DNA from: Candidatus Multivorans sp.
GTDB taxonomy: Bacteria > Acidobacteriota > Thermoanaerobaculia > Multivoradales > Multivoraceae
DNA: 64,000 nucleotides
Assembly: GCA_965224025.1 (NCBI GenBank)
Contig: OZ245033.1
Coordinates: forward strand, 1,888,001-1,952,000
Direction of reading: 5' to 3'
The notes beneath the pieces are model-generated. The model was given only the letters and a program-made list of their open reading frames with translations, had not been told where the DNA came from and did not search any database. Each line of letters begins with the position of its first letter. Within the stretch, counting starts at the first letter, position 1. Positions 34,813 through 46,510 of the stretch are shown in pieces. A program made the position numbers and the translations under genes.

Positions 34813-37800
34813 CAATCCTCCCGGGGAAAGGCCTCGACGACCGCACGCATCACGTCGTCAAGGTCGCCGGAGATTACCTGCCACCCCGCCGCCGCCATGA
34901 CCTCGGCCTGTTCCGGGTGCTCCGGCCACACGACGGCGAACCGGCGCTCGGGCCACGCGAGCTCCGCTTCCGCAACCACCACGCCGTCCTCGCCGCACAG
35001 CTCGAATCCCACCTCCGGCGCTGGCGCGCCGCCGCCTGAGAGCGTCTCCAGGACTGGCAGCAGGTCGGGCGCCGCAAACTCGAACGCCTCCCGCCAAAGC
35101 GCGTCGTCTCGTGCCGACGCGGGCGTCAGGGCCGCAAACCCGTGGAGGACATCGTAGAGCCGCCCTTTGATTCCCCGGCGCGTAGTCCACCAGGCCCCGG
35201 GCAGGAACTGGAGGAAGTTGAACAGTCTGAGCGTGGCGTTCCACACTTGGCGGTAGTTGTCCCTGGCTCGGCCCTCCACATCGTCGTGCAGATGGACGAC
35301 CGCCTTCATGCCGTCCGGGTCGCCCCGCTCCACGGCGGCCAGGGGCAGTGCGAGCAAGAGCTCCGCGGCATCTGGCGCCGTGCCTGCCCAGGCGCCCAGG
35401 CCCGCTCGGGCAACCGGTTGCTCCAGATCTTCGAAGGCCGCACGACCTCCTTCGGGCAGGGTCGCCGCCAGTCTGTCCTCGAACCGGGACCGCAGGCCTC
35501 CTCCCAGCATCTCTCCGGTGTCGAAGAGGCCGCACAGCATCGCGAAGACTGCCTGCTTCCACGGCTCGGGCCGAGGGTCAGCCAGGTAACGCGCGAGGAG
35601 TTGCAGCGACGATCCGGCCGCAAGACGGGCACGCAAAGCTCCAACATCCCACCGCCGGTCCAGTGCGGCTTGAAGCTCCGTGTCCCCGGCGCCGAACAAG
35701 TCGAAGGCAGCATCCTCGGGCTTCTCTCCCACGACGTCCCGCCACGTCAGCGACCAGACCAGATAGCCGGCCCGCACAAGCGCCAGCCGCTTCAGCGAAT
35801 CGTCGTCGGTTCGGTCACGGTGGAACTCGAATCCGTCGGTGAACACGGCAATCGGCGGCTGCCCGCTCGACGCGCGCGCCGGGCGGATGACGAAGTCCGG
35901 GCGGCATGGCGCCGCAACGCCGTCGGAAGGCCCTAGATCCACCTGCGGCTCCATGTACCAGGTCGAGCCAGCCACGGTCAGCACGTACCCCGGCTTGCCG
36001 CCAACCAGGTCGCGCCGAACGCGAACGGGTTCGCCGTCCACCGCAACCCCCGGCAGTGCCTCGACGAAACGCTCCTCCAACTCGCTCTCGACCGGCGGCG
36101 CGAACTTCACGGCAGCGAGTCCCTCGACCTCCTCGAGAGCCTCAGCCTGGGCGAGAATGGCCTCCAGAATCTCCACCGCCGTCGTCCTGGATATGCTGGC
36201 CATATCGCGCCCGCGCCGATACGCAAACACGCAGCGATAGCAGCCGTCCTTCTCCGGATCGTCGTTGCACAGACAAACCCTCAGCGCGTCCAGCGCCGTC
36301 CGGAACACGCCCAGCAGCTTCTCTGGTTCGCTCATCAGTTCCTTCAGGTAGCCGGTGCCGCCCGGAACCGTGTCGTAGAGCATCAGATAGCGGCGACGCG
36401 TACTCGTTCCGGCATCCGGGTACTCGCTCGTCATGACGCGCAAGTGGTCGATCTGTCCGCTGAACCACCCCTTCAGGCCCAACTCCAGAGCCGCAACGAA
36501 GGACGCTACGCGCCGCTCGGAGCCGAGTGCCACCGCCACGGGAAGGAGCATCCGAACCGCTTCGGACCGGAACTGGCGGTACAGGTAGAGGCACTCCACA
36601 ATGTCGCTGTCGCCGCCCGAATCGTCGCCCTCGACCGCTCCGAACGCGCTCGACTCGGCGCTGGCGCCACCCCCAGTCCGCGCGGCACTTCGCACCGGAC
36701 ACGTTCGCGCATGAACCGGCTCGTCCTCATGGCGCCCCTGGACCTTCCCGCACCGCCCGCAGATGCGGAAACCGTCCCGCGGCAGCTCACAGCCGGCGAA
36801 CATCGTCGGTTGGCCCTGCTGGCCCAGCCGACCGAAGTTCATCTCGCGGAACGTCGCCGACGAGATGTATTCGAAGCCGAACGGCAGATCGCTCCTGGGC
36901 ATGGCATACGCGCGCTCGACCGCGTCCGGCTCGAAGTCGGCAACGAGCTGCCGCGTGTAGAAGAGCGGCTCACGATCGTCCCGCTCGTCGACGATGCGGC
37001 TGTAACGATCGGGCGTGGTCGCATGCACGAGTCGGAGCGGCAACATGTTGCGGCGCTGGCCCTCGTCCGCCCACATCGAATCGCCGCAACGCGGACACGT
37101 CACGTAGCGGTCACGGACATCGACGCGCTCGCAGTAACTGCAAGTCCGGCACAGCCGCCACGACTCGATCTCCGACAGCCGCAGATCGATCCGATCGATT
37201 TGCACCCGACGACCTCCCGCGTAGAAGTGGTTCTCCGGCGCCAGTTCGCCGAGAGCGGAGGCCGCCGGTCGCATGTACTCGTACGTCTCGTGCGAGTATC
37301 CGGCCCGCTCCGGGGCAGCGGCGCGTTTGCCCTCGGAGTCCTGGTTGCCTCGTTCGCGCTGCCGATAGATGACCGACTTCAGCGTGACGCCCTCTTGCGG
37401 GAAGGCATAGTTCGGCAGGAGGCCCTCGTCGGTCAGGAAGTTGAACGTGTTGCGGCGGTTCAAACGGCGCAGCAGGCCCTGCAGGCCGGCGCGTTCGTCC
37501 TTCAACTCCTCGATCTCCCCCTCCACCGAGTCGTCCTCGGGAGAGCGCCGCAAGGCCCCGATTCGTCGCCGCAGCGTGTCGACCTCCGCGCGCAGCGACT
37601 TTCGCTCCCTGGCGACCTCGGCGAAGCGATCCAGGAGGCGAAGCCGCAGCGACGGCTGACCATCGGCATCGCCCTGCAGAAACCCGCGCAGGTAAGTCCT
37701 GGACGCCGGGTCCAGGTTGTCCGAGAAGGCAGCGAAGAAATCCTCGAGCAGGGCTTCCGCCCGTTCCTGGACGAAGTCGAACAACGGGTACGGGAAGCGG

Positions 37801-40800
37801 TCCAGCGCCGTCTTCTCCACGCTGTCGAGTACCGCGCTGATCCGATGCGGCACCGCGTCCCCGGCGACGCCGGTGGCCGCCCAGCGATCGAAACAAAACG
37901 CTGTGAGCTGCCGCTCCAGCACGGCCGACGCATTCAGGAACACGCCGGGCGGCTCGACCTTGCCCCCCAACATGTCGAGCGGCTCCTCGTAGAAGTAGAG
38001 ATCGTGCGGCCGTCCGGTCGCCACGGTCAGCGTGAGCGCGTTGCCGTCTCGCCTGCCAGCCCTTCCGATGCGCTGGAGATAGTTCTGCTGCGCCGGCGGA
38101 ACGGAGCAGAGCACCACCGTCGACAGGTCGCCGATGTCGATTCCCAACTCCAGGGTCGGCGTGGCCGACAGCACATTGGGCTCCCACGGTCTCGACTCCG
38201 GGTCGGCGAAGCGTTCCTGGATCTCCGCGCGCTCTTCCCGTGTCAGGAGCGCGGTGTGCTCTGCAGACACGAGGCGGCGGATAGCGGTCTTCCGGTACAG
38301 ACGCCCGAACCACGTTGGCGGCGGAGTTTCATGGCGGCCGTATGCGTCGAAGGCCGCAAGATCGAGGCAGGGAACGCCTTGCCAGAGATCCGCTTCCCGC
38401 TCCGGGACCACGAGCACCCGGTTCGACCTCTCACAGTGCATTACCGCAACGCGGGATGTCGCGTACAGGCCGGTCGGGTCGAGAGCCCATGCCCGGGCGC
38501 TGCCGGCATCTACGCGCTGGACCAGTCCGGCGGTCTTGAGCGAGTCGAGGGCGGCCAAGAGCACATCGGCCGCGTCGTGCGTGGCAGAGAGGGGGTCGAG
38601 GGGCGCCAGGACCTTGGCTGCCCAGTCCAGGTACCACGACCGGCGCGCCTTGCCCGTGGAGCGGCTCCAGGCCATCGCCCTTCGCGGCCCCGTCCGTCGG
38701 AAACACGGGCAGCGGCGAACGCGGGCCGAAGTCCGGAAGGGCGATCTCCCGCCTGGTCAGCCACCAGCGGCTCGCGCCGTTTGCTAGGAACCCCTGCACA
38801 AGGTCGGTCCAGATTGCCCCACGCGTCTTCATGCGGCGCAGGATGCCGAGCAACAGGGCGCGCACCGTGTCGCCGTCTACTTCGCGCAGGCCGCCAATCT
38901 CGCGGATGCGGCCGTGGGCCTCGCCGCAGGCCCCGTCGAGCCGTTCACGATCCACGCCAATCGCGGCCGCGCACGTGCGTTCCAGCGTCCGCCCGATGGT
39001 CGACCGATGGCCGAACTCGGCAAGGGCCTCCCAGCGCAACCGACGGGCCACGAGACCGGGCAGGTCGGATCCCCGCGGCAACCGGCCTTGGCTCTTCAGG
39101 GCTGTGAAGTCTTGAAGCCACAAGCGGTCCGGGGCAATGAACTCGCTCACGAAGCGCTTGGCGTCGAACGTTTCGGAAGCTCCCGCGCTCGCGCTTACGC
39201 CACGCCAGCGGGCCACCACCCCGCCGTCGTCATCCGCGCCGCCGATCAGCTCGGACAACCTGATCTCGCCGTGTTCTTCCACGACCTGAGCGATCGCCGC
39301 CCGCACGTTGTTCGGCCAGGTCCGCGCCGCGACGAAACCGGCCCGGTGAGCGGCATCCTGCACGTTGTCGGAGAACGCGATGACCTTGTGGTCGTCGTTG
39401 TGGCGCGAAGCGAAGGTCTGACCCAGCGCCACGCTGAGCAGGCTGGACGCTCGCGCACCAAAGATGATCAACGCCTCCACGGCGCCGCAGTAGGGACAGT
39501 CGCGGCTCAGTTGCATCCTGGAGCCCCGCCCACCGCGGAAGCTCTTCCTGACGACGGACTCCGGGCGGAACACGCGCAGCACCCGGTCTGCCCCGCAACC
39601 GGCGCACGGCTTGCCGGCATTCTCCGCACTCGCGGTGAGCCGGCCGCAGCCGCCGCAGATCGTGCCGTGGATGCCCCTGGCAGGCGACGGCGCCTCGCCC
39701 GGGAAGAGGTACTGCACGTCGACGTCGCGAGCGAAGAACCGGTTGTAGAAGACGGGCAGGTCGCGTTCGATGCCTTCCTTTCCGCCGCTCTTGACGGCGC
39801 CCCAGCCGGTGGCGCGACACTCCCGGCACTGAATCAGCGGCAGGTGGACAGACGGGTCGTCCGGCTTCAGGTCGTCGGAGTGACGCAGGCGATGCAGCGC
39901 GCGCGGACCGGCGCCGGCGTCCTCGCTCGATCCGCTCAACGCTTCGCCGTCGGACTCGAGCGTGGCACCCTCGTGGGAACCTCGGGAAGCGGCAACGTCC
40001 CCGACTCCGCAGACCATGCGGCGGAGCTCCCGAACCCAGAGGTGCAGCCCGACCTGCAGAAACGGCAGCAGCCGGCCTGTCGTGCTCCCGCCCTCACGCC
40101 CGCGCGCTACCGAGATCAGAGCGCACAGTCCATCGAGCACGGCAACAGCCTCGCGCTCGCTCGCCACGGGCAAGCTCCGGCGAAGTCGGTTTGCCACCTC
40201 CGCCACCGGCACGGGGCGCCCGTCGAGCACCCTCAACAGGTTCACGAAGGTGGCGTGCTCCCGCAGGCGGTCGGCCAACGCCACCCGCCAATCCTCCGAC
40301 TCGAAGTCGCCCTCGATGGGCACGCCGAAGAACAGTTCGTGCAGCGCGCGGACATAGTCCTCAGTCGACTCCTGCCGGCGGTTCAGCAACCCCGCAAGGT
40401 CGCCGCGCGGCATCAGGTAACCCTCGATCAACGAACCGGCCAGGAACTCGTCAATGCTCTGCCGCGACTCACCCACGATGGAACCCGGCCCGAACCGCTG
40501 ATCGAAGATCCGGGACACGTAGGCGCGCAACTCCGGCTCGGCGCCTTCGCCCCCCAGCGTCGCCGACGTGCCGGCGCAGATCAGGCCCTCGCCCGCGCCG
40601 AGCCGAGCGCGCAGGCGCCGAATGAGGCAAGCCAGGTCCGTGCCCTGCGCGCCGTCGAACGTGTGCAGCTCGTCGACCGCCAGGTAGCGCAGCGTGCCCG
40701 GCTCGTTGTGCCGCCAGAGCCGCTGGTCCGAGGGCCGAACCAGGAGGTAGTCGAGCATCTTGTAGTTCGTGAGCAGAATGTCCGGCGGACGCTCCAGGAG

Positions 40801-41367
40801 ACTCTCCCGGTCGGCGACGATGTGCTCCGGCCCCATGCCCACCTGCGGAGCGCGCGCCGCCTGGCCGATGAAGAGCCCCGCAGTGACTCGGCCGCGCAGC
40901 GGCGAGTTCCGATGAATCGTCTTCGCGATGCGCCGAGCCTGGTCAGTCGCCAGCGCGTTCATCGGATAAACGATGATCGCCTTGATCCCCTTTCGGCCCT
41001 CCGGCGTACCCGCCTGTTCGCGGCAGTAGTCGAGAATCGGCAGCAGGAAGCACTCCGTCTTGCCCGAACCCGTGCCCGTGGCAATGATCGTCGAACGTTC
41101 GGCATCCGCAGCCAACCGCGAGAACGCGGTCCGCTGGTGGCGGTACGGTGTGTAGCCGAGCGGCACCTCCGGGAACGGCTCGCCCCCTTCCGGCGCATGC
41201 CGGTACGGCAGAGCGACGGAGAGATACGGGCCCTTGACGAGGTTCTCGGGCTCGGCCAGGAAGTCGTCGACGACGCCGGCCAGCTCCGGGTTGGACGGGC
41301 CGAACCCAGTTCTGAGGAAGGACCGGAGGGCGTCGGCGACTTCGGAGGCGACGGCGGACGGGATCAA
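34812..41367 (-). pseudogene. YprA-like DEAD/DEAH helicase-DUF1998-nuclease (~2184 aa), split by a +1 frameshift near 38660
   Basis: Part 1: TGTGSGKT, YPMNAL, TNYKMLD, VDELH, GTSAT, Cys pairs, DNVQDA. Part 2: EHTA, ATPTLELGIDIG, QRIGRAGR, DTVPGGTGY...C-x-C...CYRC, RPDF...FTDGFEFH. Removing one C in CTCCACG gives LEPLTGKARRSWY. May be an assembly error. Confidence 0.85.
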
Positions 41368-41586
41368 GGGGGCGGTTCGACGGAAGATTACAGGAGCAGC
41401 GGCGGGATAGCCGACACTCTACGCGCGTTTCGTAGCCGCATCTGGTGAGCGCTGGGTCGTTTGTCGACCTGCGCTACGGGCCCGACGCTGGCCAAAGCCG
41501 CAATACGGCTATCCCGATGGCGCCGGCGGGCCGCGGCGAACTGACGACCCGCGTACTGTATCTTCCGGGCACGAAGGGAGACGAGG

Positions 41587-41829
41587 ATGCGAACGCACCA
41601 CTTCACGCTCGTCGTGGAAGGCGCCGACTTGCAGGCCGAGCCGTTGATCGACGAGGTCTTTGAGGCCGGTTGCGACGATGCCACTGTCGGGCGGAGCGAG
41701 GGCATCCAGTACGTCGACTTCGACCGCGACGCGCCCAGCCTCGGCGAGGCCATCCAGTCCGCAATCCGCGATCTCGGCCGGGTCGAAGGCATCCAGGTCG
41801 TGAGGGTTGTCCACCCGAGCGGATCATGA
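41587..41829 (+). CDS. Small HicB-like antitoxin-fold protein
   Basis: 80 aa; HFTLVV...FEAGCDDA...FDRDAPSLGEAIQSAIRD pattern; GAGG RBS. Confidence 0.65.
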   Translation: MRTHHFTLVVEGADLQAEPLIDEVFEAGCDDATVGRSEGIQYVDFDRDAPSLGEAIQSAIRDLGRVEGIQVVRVVHPSGS

Positions 41830-41855
41830 AGAGGTGGCCTCCCTCAAACGACGGC

Positions 41856-42998
41856 TCAGAGTTGTTCCTCAGTAAGGTTGGCCTCCAGGGCGTCCAGAAA
41901 GCCCGGTGGATAGCGGAGTCTGCCCTTTCTGGCCCTCTTCGCGAAACCACCAAGCGCGCGTTGCGAGAGGTCCGGCCACTTCCCCGTCGCGAACGCGGAG
42001 AGCCTGCCCAATCGCCTCTTCACCGGATACTCGGAGACCGATGCGATCATTCTCCGGCCATCGACGCTCCAGCCCGCGGTTGGCCAGCGCGTTCCGGGTT
42101 CCAGAGGAACGTCCGTCCCGTCGTCGTACTCCCCAGGGTCTGCCAATCGCTCCCCGATCCACTTCGCCACTGGCACCGAAACGGCATTCCCCACAAGGCG
42201 CCAGCGGTGCCGACCGGCCGGTCCCCGCAATGCCGAAGTCCAACCCGGTCGGAACCCTTGAAACCGCTCCACCGCCTCTATTGGCGGCGTTACGACGCGC
42301 CCGGTCGGCAGGAGAACCGCGGGCGGGGACGGTATCGCCAAAGACGATCCAGCCTTCAGCGGGGGAATCGCGTCGGCCGTCAGGCCGTGCCCAACCCGCC
42401 CCTCCGTCCAGTAGAAGCCAAGCGGTTGCGACCCCACCGGTTCGGTCAAGTCGAACCTGGGCGGCTCGCTCCCAGGGGCCTCGTCTGCCAGCAGTACTTG
42501 CCGGGGATCTCCCACCTGACTGGCGACGATGAACACGCGACGCCGGCGCTGAGCGAGTCCGAACGAGCGACTGTCGACGACCCGGTACGCCCACCTGTAG
42601 TTCCGGCGTTCGAGCCGGTCGAGGATCGAGGAGATCGCCGCACCTTTCCGCAGGTGCAGCATGAAGTAGACGTTCTCGATGACGACCCACGGAACGGCGC
42701 GCACATCGAGCAGCCTGAACAGGTGATCGACGATGACGCTCTTACTGCCCTTGATGCCCTCCTTGTCGCCGGCCATAGAGAGGTTCTGGCATGGGAACCC
42801 CGCCGTGACGATGTCGGCATCGTCCGGCAACGCCGCGAGATCGGCCACGTCATCATGGAAGCGTGCCTTAGGCCAGCGTCGTCGAAGCACTGTAGACGCG
42901 TAGTCGCAGTTCTCGCAGAGCAGCCTCGGGCGATGGCCCGCGCGCTGCAGGCCCAACTCGAAGCCGCCGATGCCGGCGAACAGCCCTGAAACCAGCAT
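41856..42998 (-). CDS. dcm: DNA (cytosine-5)-methyltransferase
   Basis: Start trimmed to MLVSGLFAGIGG; GFPCQ, ENV, QRRRRVF, RFQGF, VGNAV motifs. Confidence 0.93.
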   Translation of the reverse strand: MLVSGLFAGIGGFELGLQRAGHRPRLLCENCDYASTVLRRRWPKARFHDDVADLAALPDDADIVTAGFPCQNLSMAGDKEGIKGSKSVIVDHLFRLLDVRAVPWVVIENVYFMLHLRKGAAISSILDRLERRNYRWAYRVVDSRSFGLAQRRRRVFIVASQVGDPRQVLLADEAPGSEPPRFDLTEPVGSQPLGFYWTEGRVGHGLTADAIPPLKAGSSLAIPSPPAVLLPTGRVVTPPIEAVERFQGFRPGWTSALRGPAGRHRWRLVGNAVSVPVAKWIGERLADPGEYDDGTDVPLEPGTRWPTAGWSVDGRRMIASVSEYPVKRRLGRLSAFATGKWPDLSQRALGGFAKRARKGRLRYPPGFLDALEANLTEEQL

Positions 42999-44466
42999 GA
43001 ACTCTGGACTCTCCCCGGCGCGTCGGCTCACGTCTTTCGCAGACTCGGCCGCGACCAAGACCCAACCTGCCCCATCAATCCTCGAAGCTCGGGTTGTAGG
43101 CCACCGAATCGCGGAGTCCGAACAGTCCGAGCCCGTCGAGGAACTCCATCGGAAGTGCGGAGTGTATACGTCGCCGAAGGTGGCCGATGCCATCCTCGAC
43201 CAAGTCGGGTGGCGCGGCGACGCCGATCTCTCCAAGGCTCGTCTACTGGAACCGGCGGCGGGCAACGGCGAGTTCGTGCTCCAAGCCGCGAAGCGACTGG
43301 TTACCTCGTTCCGAGCACGAGACGTCGAGCCCCGGATCCGCGAACTGAGCGCCCGGATCACCGCTTTCGAGATTCACCCCGGCGCCGCGACCGAAGCCCG
43401 GAGTCGAGTAGAAGCCGGCCTTCGGGGCATTGACCTCCACCACAAGACGGCAGCCGCGTGCTCCGCCGCCTGGATCAGAACCTCCGACTTCCTGCTTTCC
43501 GCGCCAGCCGCCCGACCGTACTCCCACGTCGTCGGCAACCCGCCCTACATCCGCTGGTCCAAGATCCCAGCCCAGCTCAAATCCCTTTACGAGGAACGAC
43601 TCCCCTCCGCCATGACGCGCGGCGATCTATTCCTTCCATTCCTCGACCGGTCTCTCGACCTTCTCGACAGCAGCGGCAAGTGCGGCATTCTCTGCTCCGA
43701 CCGCTGGCTCTACATGGTATTCGCCCGGAGGTTCCGCGCAAAGTGGCTACCTCGCCTGACCATCGAGTCCAACGAGACCATCAACGCCAAAGACGCCTTC
43801 TCCAGTCCCGTCGCCACTTACCCGTCCATCCTCATCGCTACGAAACGCCGGGCCGCTCGCACCCAGACGCCAGCAGTCGTCCGCCATGCGGGCGAGACCC
43901 TGCAGGAACTCGGCTGCACGATCAAGGTCGGGCCGGCTCTGGGGCATACGCCCGCGTTCGTGATCGAGCCGGGCAAAGCCGACGTCGAAGCCGAACTGCT
44001 CCATCCTTGGCTCGATAGCTCCGAGGTCCTCGAAGGTGCCATCGCGTCGCGGGAGCGTCGCGTGATCGCCCTGTTCGACGACAACGGCGACCTCCTCGAG
44101 ATCGGCCGCTTTCCCCGCTTGGAACGCCGCCTTCGCCGCTTCGCACCGAAGCTCGAAGCGCGCTCCATCGTCAAGAATGGTGCCGTCTGGTATCGAACCA
44201 TCGACAGGGTGCGCCCCGCCGACTGGGTGCCGCCCAAGCTGCTGATTCCCGGTCTCGCAAAACTACCGCGAGTCGCTATCGACCGCTCGGGGGCCATACC
44301 CTCACACGGCGTCTACGCGGTCTTTCCCCCGGCCGGACACGCCGACGCGGTCTACGAGCGGCTCAGCGATGGCCAGCTTGCGACAGCGCTGGAGGGCGTT
44401 GCACCAAAACTCAAGCGGGGCTACGTGCGGTGCTACAAGCACTTCCTCGCAAAGATCCGGGTGTAA
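42997..44466 (+). CDS. Amino-DNA methyltransferase (N6-adenine type; TaqI/PaeR7I-like gamma class)
   Basis: GVYT, LEPAAGNGEF (motif I), VGNPPY (motif IV), C-terminal WYRTIDR...PKLLIP. Start uncertain (42997-43155). Confidence 0.88.
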   Translation: MNSGLSPARRLTSFADSAATKTQPAPSILEARVVGHRIAESEQSEPVEELHRKCGVYTSPKVADAILDQVGWRGDADLSKARLLEPAAGNGEFVLQAAKRLVTSFRARDVEPRIRELSARITAFEIHPGAATEARSRVEAGLRGIDLHHKTAAACSAAWIRTSDFLLSAPAARPYSHVVGNPPYIRWSKIPAQLKSLYEERLPSAMTRGDLFLPFLDRSLDLLDSSGKCGILCSDRWLYMVFARRFRAKWLPRLTIESNETINAKDAFSSPVATYPSILIATKRRAARTQTPAVVRHAGETLQELGCTIKVGPALGHTPAFVIEPGKADVEAELLHPWLDSSEVLEGAIASRERRVIALFDDNGDLLEIGRFPRLERRLRRFAPKLEARSIVKNGAVWYRTIDRVRPADWVPPKLLIPGLAKLPRVAIDRSGAIPSHGVYAVFPPAGHADAVYERLSDGQLATALEGVAPKLKRGYVRCYKHFLAKIRV

Positions 44467-44551
44467 CGCCACGCCCTGCCAAACCTGGGATCCGGATCTC
44501 CTCCATCAGTGCCACGCACCGCGCCTTCGCCGGCACCTGCGCCGCCCCCGG

Positions 44552-45202
44552 TCAGTCGCCAGCGACACCCATCGCCCGGAGTCTGTTCAGGCAGGCACGG
44601 GCCTCTTCCGGCCGACTCGCCTTTTGCCACAGGCTCCTTACCACGGCTTCCACACCGTTCGGGTACCCGTGAACAGCCGTCAGCATGGCGAGGAACATGT
44701 CCAACCATGACTTCCCCGGCACCGGAAGCGCCGGGTAGCTGTCGGGAAGCCAACCCGGCAGACGTCTCACGTCTATGTCCTTCCCGCCGGGCACCTTGAT
44801 TCTCCGGGCCAACTGCATGTGCCAGTACTGATGACGGCTCTCACTCTCCCATTCCCGCTCAAACCGAAACGCAAGAGGAGCCCTTTCCCCAGCGCCCTCG
44901 TCCCCTTGCTGAGCGAGCAGAAGCAGAACCAAGGAAACCAGATCTCCACCCTGCAGCAACGGCAGGAAGAACCACCATTCGTAACCGGATCGCCTCAATC
45001 TGGGCAGATCTACCATCGGCAGGAACCTCGGATCGTTGCCCTTGAAAACCTGTGTCACTCCTGCTTCGTTGTCAACAATCCGGCCACCCCCTATGAGGCG
45101 CTTGGCAGCCCTACGCGAATCGCTATTCGCCGGCTGTGTCCACTCTCTCACGCCCCGTAGCGCATAGAGCCGCATGAGCTCCCTATTCTTTGCTCCAATC
45201 AT
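44552..45202 (-). CDS. Hypothetical protein, third gene of the ATPase-HK / receiver operon
   Basis: 216 aa, RBS 18 nt after the receiver stop; FRFE...HQYWHMQ...WLPDSYPALP motif-like segment. Confidence 0.72.
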   Translation of the reverse strand: MIGAKNRELMRLYALRGVREWTQPANSDSRRAAKRLIGGGRIVDNEAGVTQVFKGNDPRFLPMVDLPRLRRSGYEWWFFLPLLQGGDLVSLVLLLLAQQGDEGAGERAPLAFRFEREWESESRHQYWHMQLARRIKVPGGKDIDVRRLPGWLPDSYPALPVPGKSWLDMFLAMLTAVHGYPNGVEAVVRSLWQKASRPEEARACLNRLRAMGVAGD

Positions 45203-45220
45203 TGGCCCTCTCTTCGGCCG

Positions 45221-46510
45221 CTATAGAGCGAACCGGCTCTTCGGGGTATAGCCCCAATCGTCCAGGAAGGCCACATGCCGTTGGCTCCACTCACCCTCCA
45301 CTTCCGCGACGAATTCCCGCGGCCCATCTCCCCCGCTTTCAACAGCCAGACCGAACCTTGACTGGTCCTCACAAAACACGGCGCGCTCCCACGGACTGTC
45401 GTCCTCATAGAACATCGCGTGGAGCTCGACGTCGCCATCCAGCTTCGGCCACCAGAAACAGGTCCGCCCTGTCCAAACCTCCTGGCGATACCGGGCCACC
45501 TCCAGAAACCGCCGAAAGGTCTTCTCCTCAAGAGCGAACGGCGGTTCACTTGCCGCGACCGCCTGGTTCCAGCGCTGCAGCACACCAGCACCATCGCCGA
45601 GAAGAAATGGCATTCGCATCAGGAGATGCGGCACATCTACAAGCACCGATTGAGGGGCGATGACGTCCCGCCTGAACCAACGGTCAAGCTCCGCCGCAAC
45701 GACTCGGGCCACAACCTGCCGAGAAGCCTCGTGCACTGGGTCCCCTTCCGAGGCGGCTCGTAAGCCAGCCGTGATCACTTTCCGCTCACTCGGAATCGGA
45801 AGAGAGCGGCCGGACGACCCGAAAAAGTCCAGGAAGGTCACCGCCTCAAGGGCTGCATCGTCCTCTGATTCTGGCGATAGTGCGCCCTTGGCATGGCGGG
45901 AAAGGTGCACGACGGATCCCCGGTCAAAGGCCACAGCGTCGAGGATCGGCTTCTCCAGTGAGTCCTGGACCAACTTCTCTTGACAACGGCGCCTCGCAGG
46001 CACCTCGTCCAGGCTCGGCCAGTACCACGGAAGGAAGCCCTTGCCCTCCCGCCTCCGCGACCCAGTCCACAGGCCGTGGTTCTTGAGATGCGGAAGGTTC
46101 AACGCCAGGTCAGCGGTCGTCTGATAGTCGCCAACCAAGTAGCGAAGATCAAAGTCCGTCTGCGGATTCTTGTTGAGCGACACTATGTAGGGAATGTCGG
46201 TAAAGGCGCGAACCAGCCCCGCCAGCCCTTCCGCCGTGTGGCGTGCGCCGCCAACGTCCAGCTCAGCCAAGTTGTTATCCAGGATCATCAAGTCACTGCC
46301 GGCGCTGGCGAACAGCGGGTCGCTGCACGACGCGCCTGCATCCGCCGCGTCGCTCAAGAACCGCCGACCATGGTCGACGAGCGCGTTCATAGCGCGCTCA
46401 AAGTCCTTGAAAGGAACGACGATCACTTCGTGGTCGACGCCGGCTGCATCGATGGCCTCTTTCGCCTCTTGGCCACGCTTCGGCACATCGTCACATACGA
46501 GGATCCTCAC
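45221..46510 (-). CDS. Response-regulator receiver domain fused to a large unknown C-terminal domain
   Basis: GTG start overlaps the HK stop (GTGA); ILVCDD acidic pocket and LMILDNNL phospho-acceptor; about 290 aa of unassigned C-terminus. Confidence 0.8.
   Translation of the reverse strand: MRILVCDDVPKRGQEAKEAIDAAGVDHEVIVVPFKDFERAMNALVDHGRRFLSDAADAGASCSDPLFASAGSDLMILDNNLAELDVGGARHTAEGLAGLVRAFTDIPYIVSLNKNPQTDFDLRYLVGDYQTTADLALNLPHLKNHGLWTGSRRREGKGFLPWYWPSLDEVPARRRCQEKLVQDSLEKPILDAVAFDRGSVVHLSRHAKGALSPESEDDAALEAVTFLDFFGSSGRSLPIPSERKVITAGLRAASEGDPVHEASRQVVARVVAAELDRWFRRDVIAPQSVLVDVPHLLMRMPFLLGDGAGVLQRWNQAVAASEPPFALEEKTFRRFLEVARYRQEVWTGRTCFWWPKLDGDVELHAMFYEDDSPWERAVFCEDQSRFGLAVESGGDGPREFVAEVEGEWSQRHVAFLDDWGYTPKSRFAL

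Noticed and set aside
36444-41448. Long plus-strand ORFs 36444..39107 and 38914..41448
   Set aside because: Antisense shadows of the helicase, typical of high-GC DNA, with no recognisable motifs.
42999-43361. N-terminal extension of the dcm ORF to 43361
   Set aside because: Overlaps the opposite-strand MTase; C5-MTase motif I lies immediately after Met 42998.
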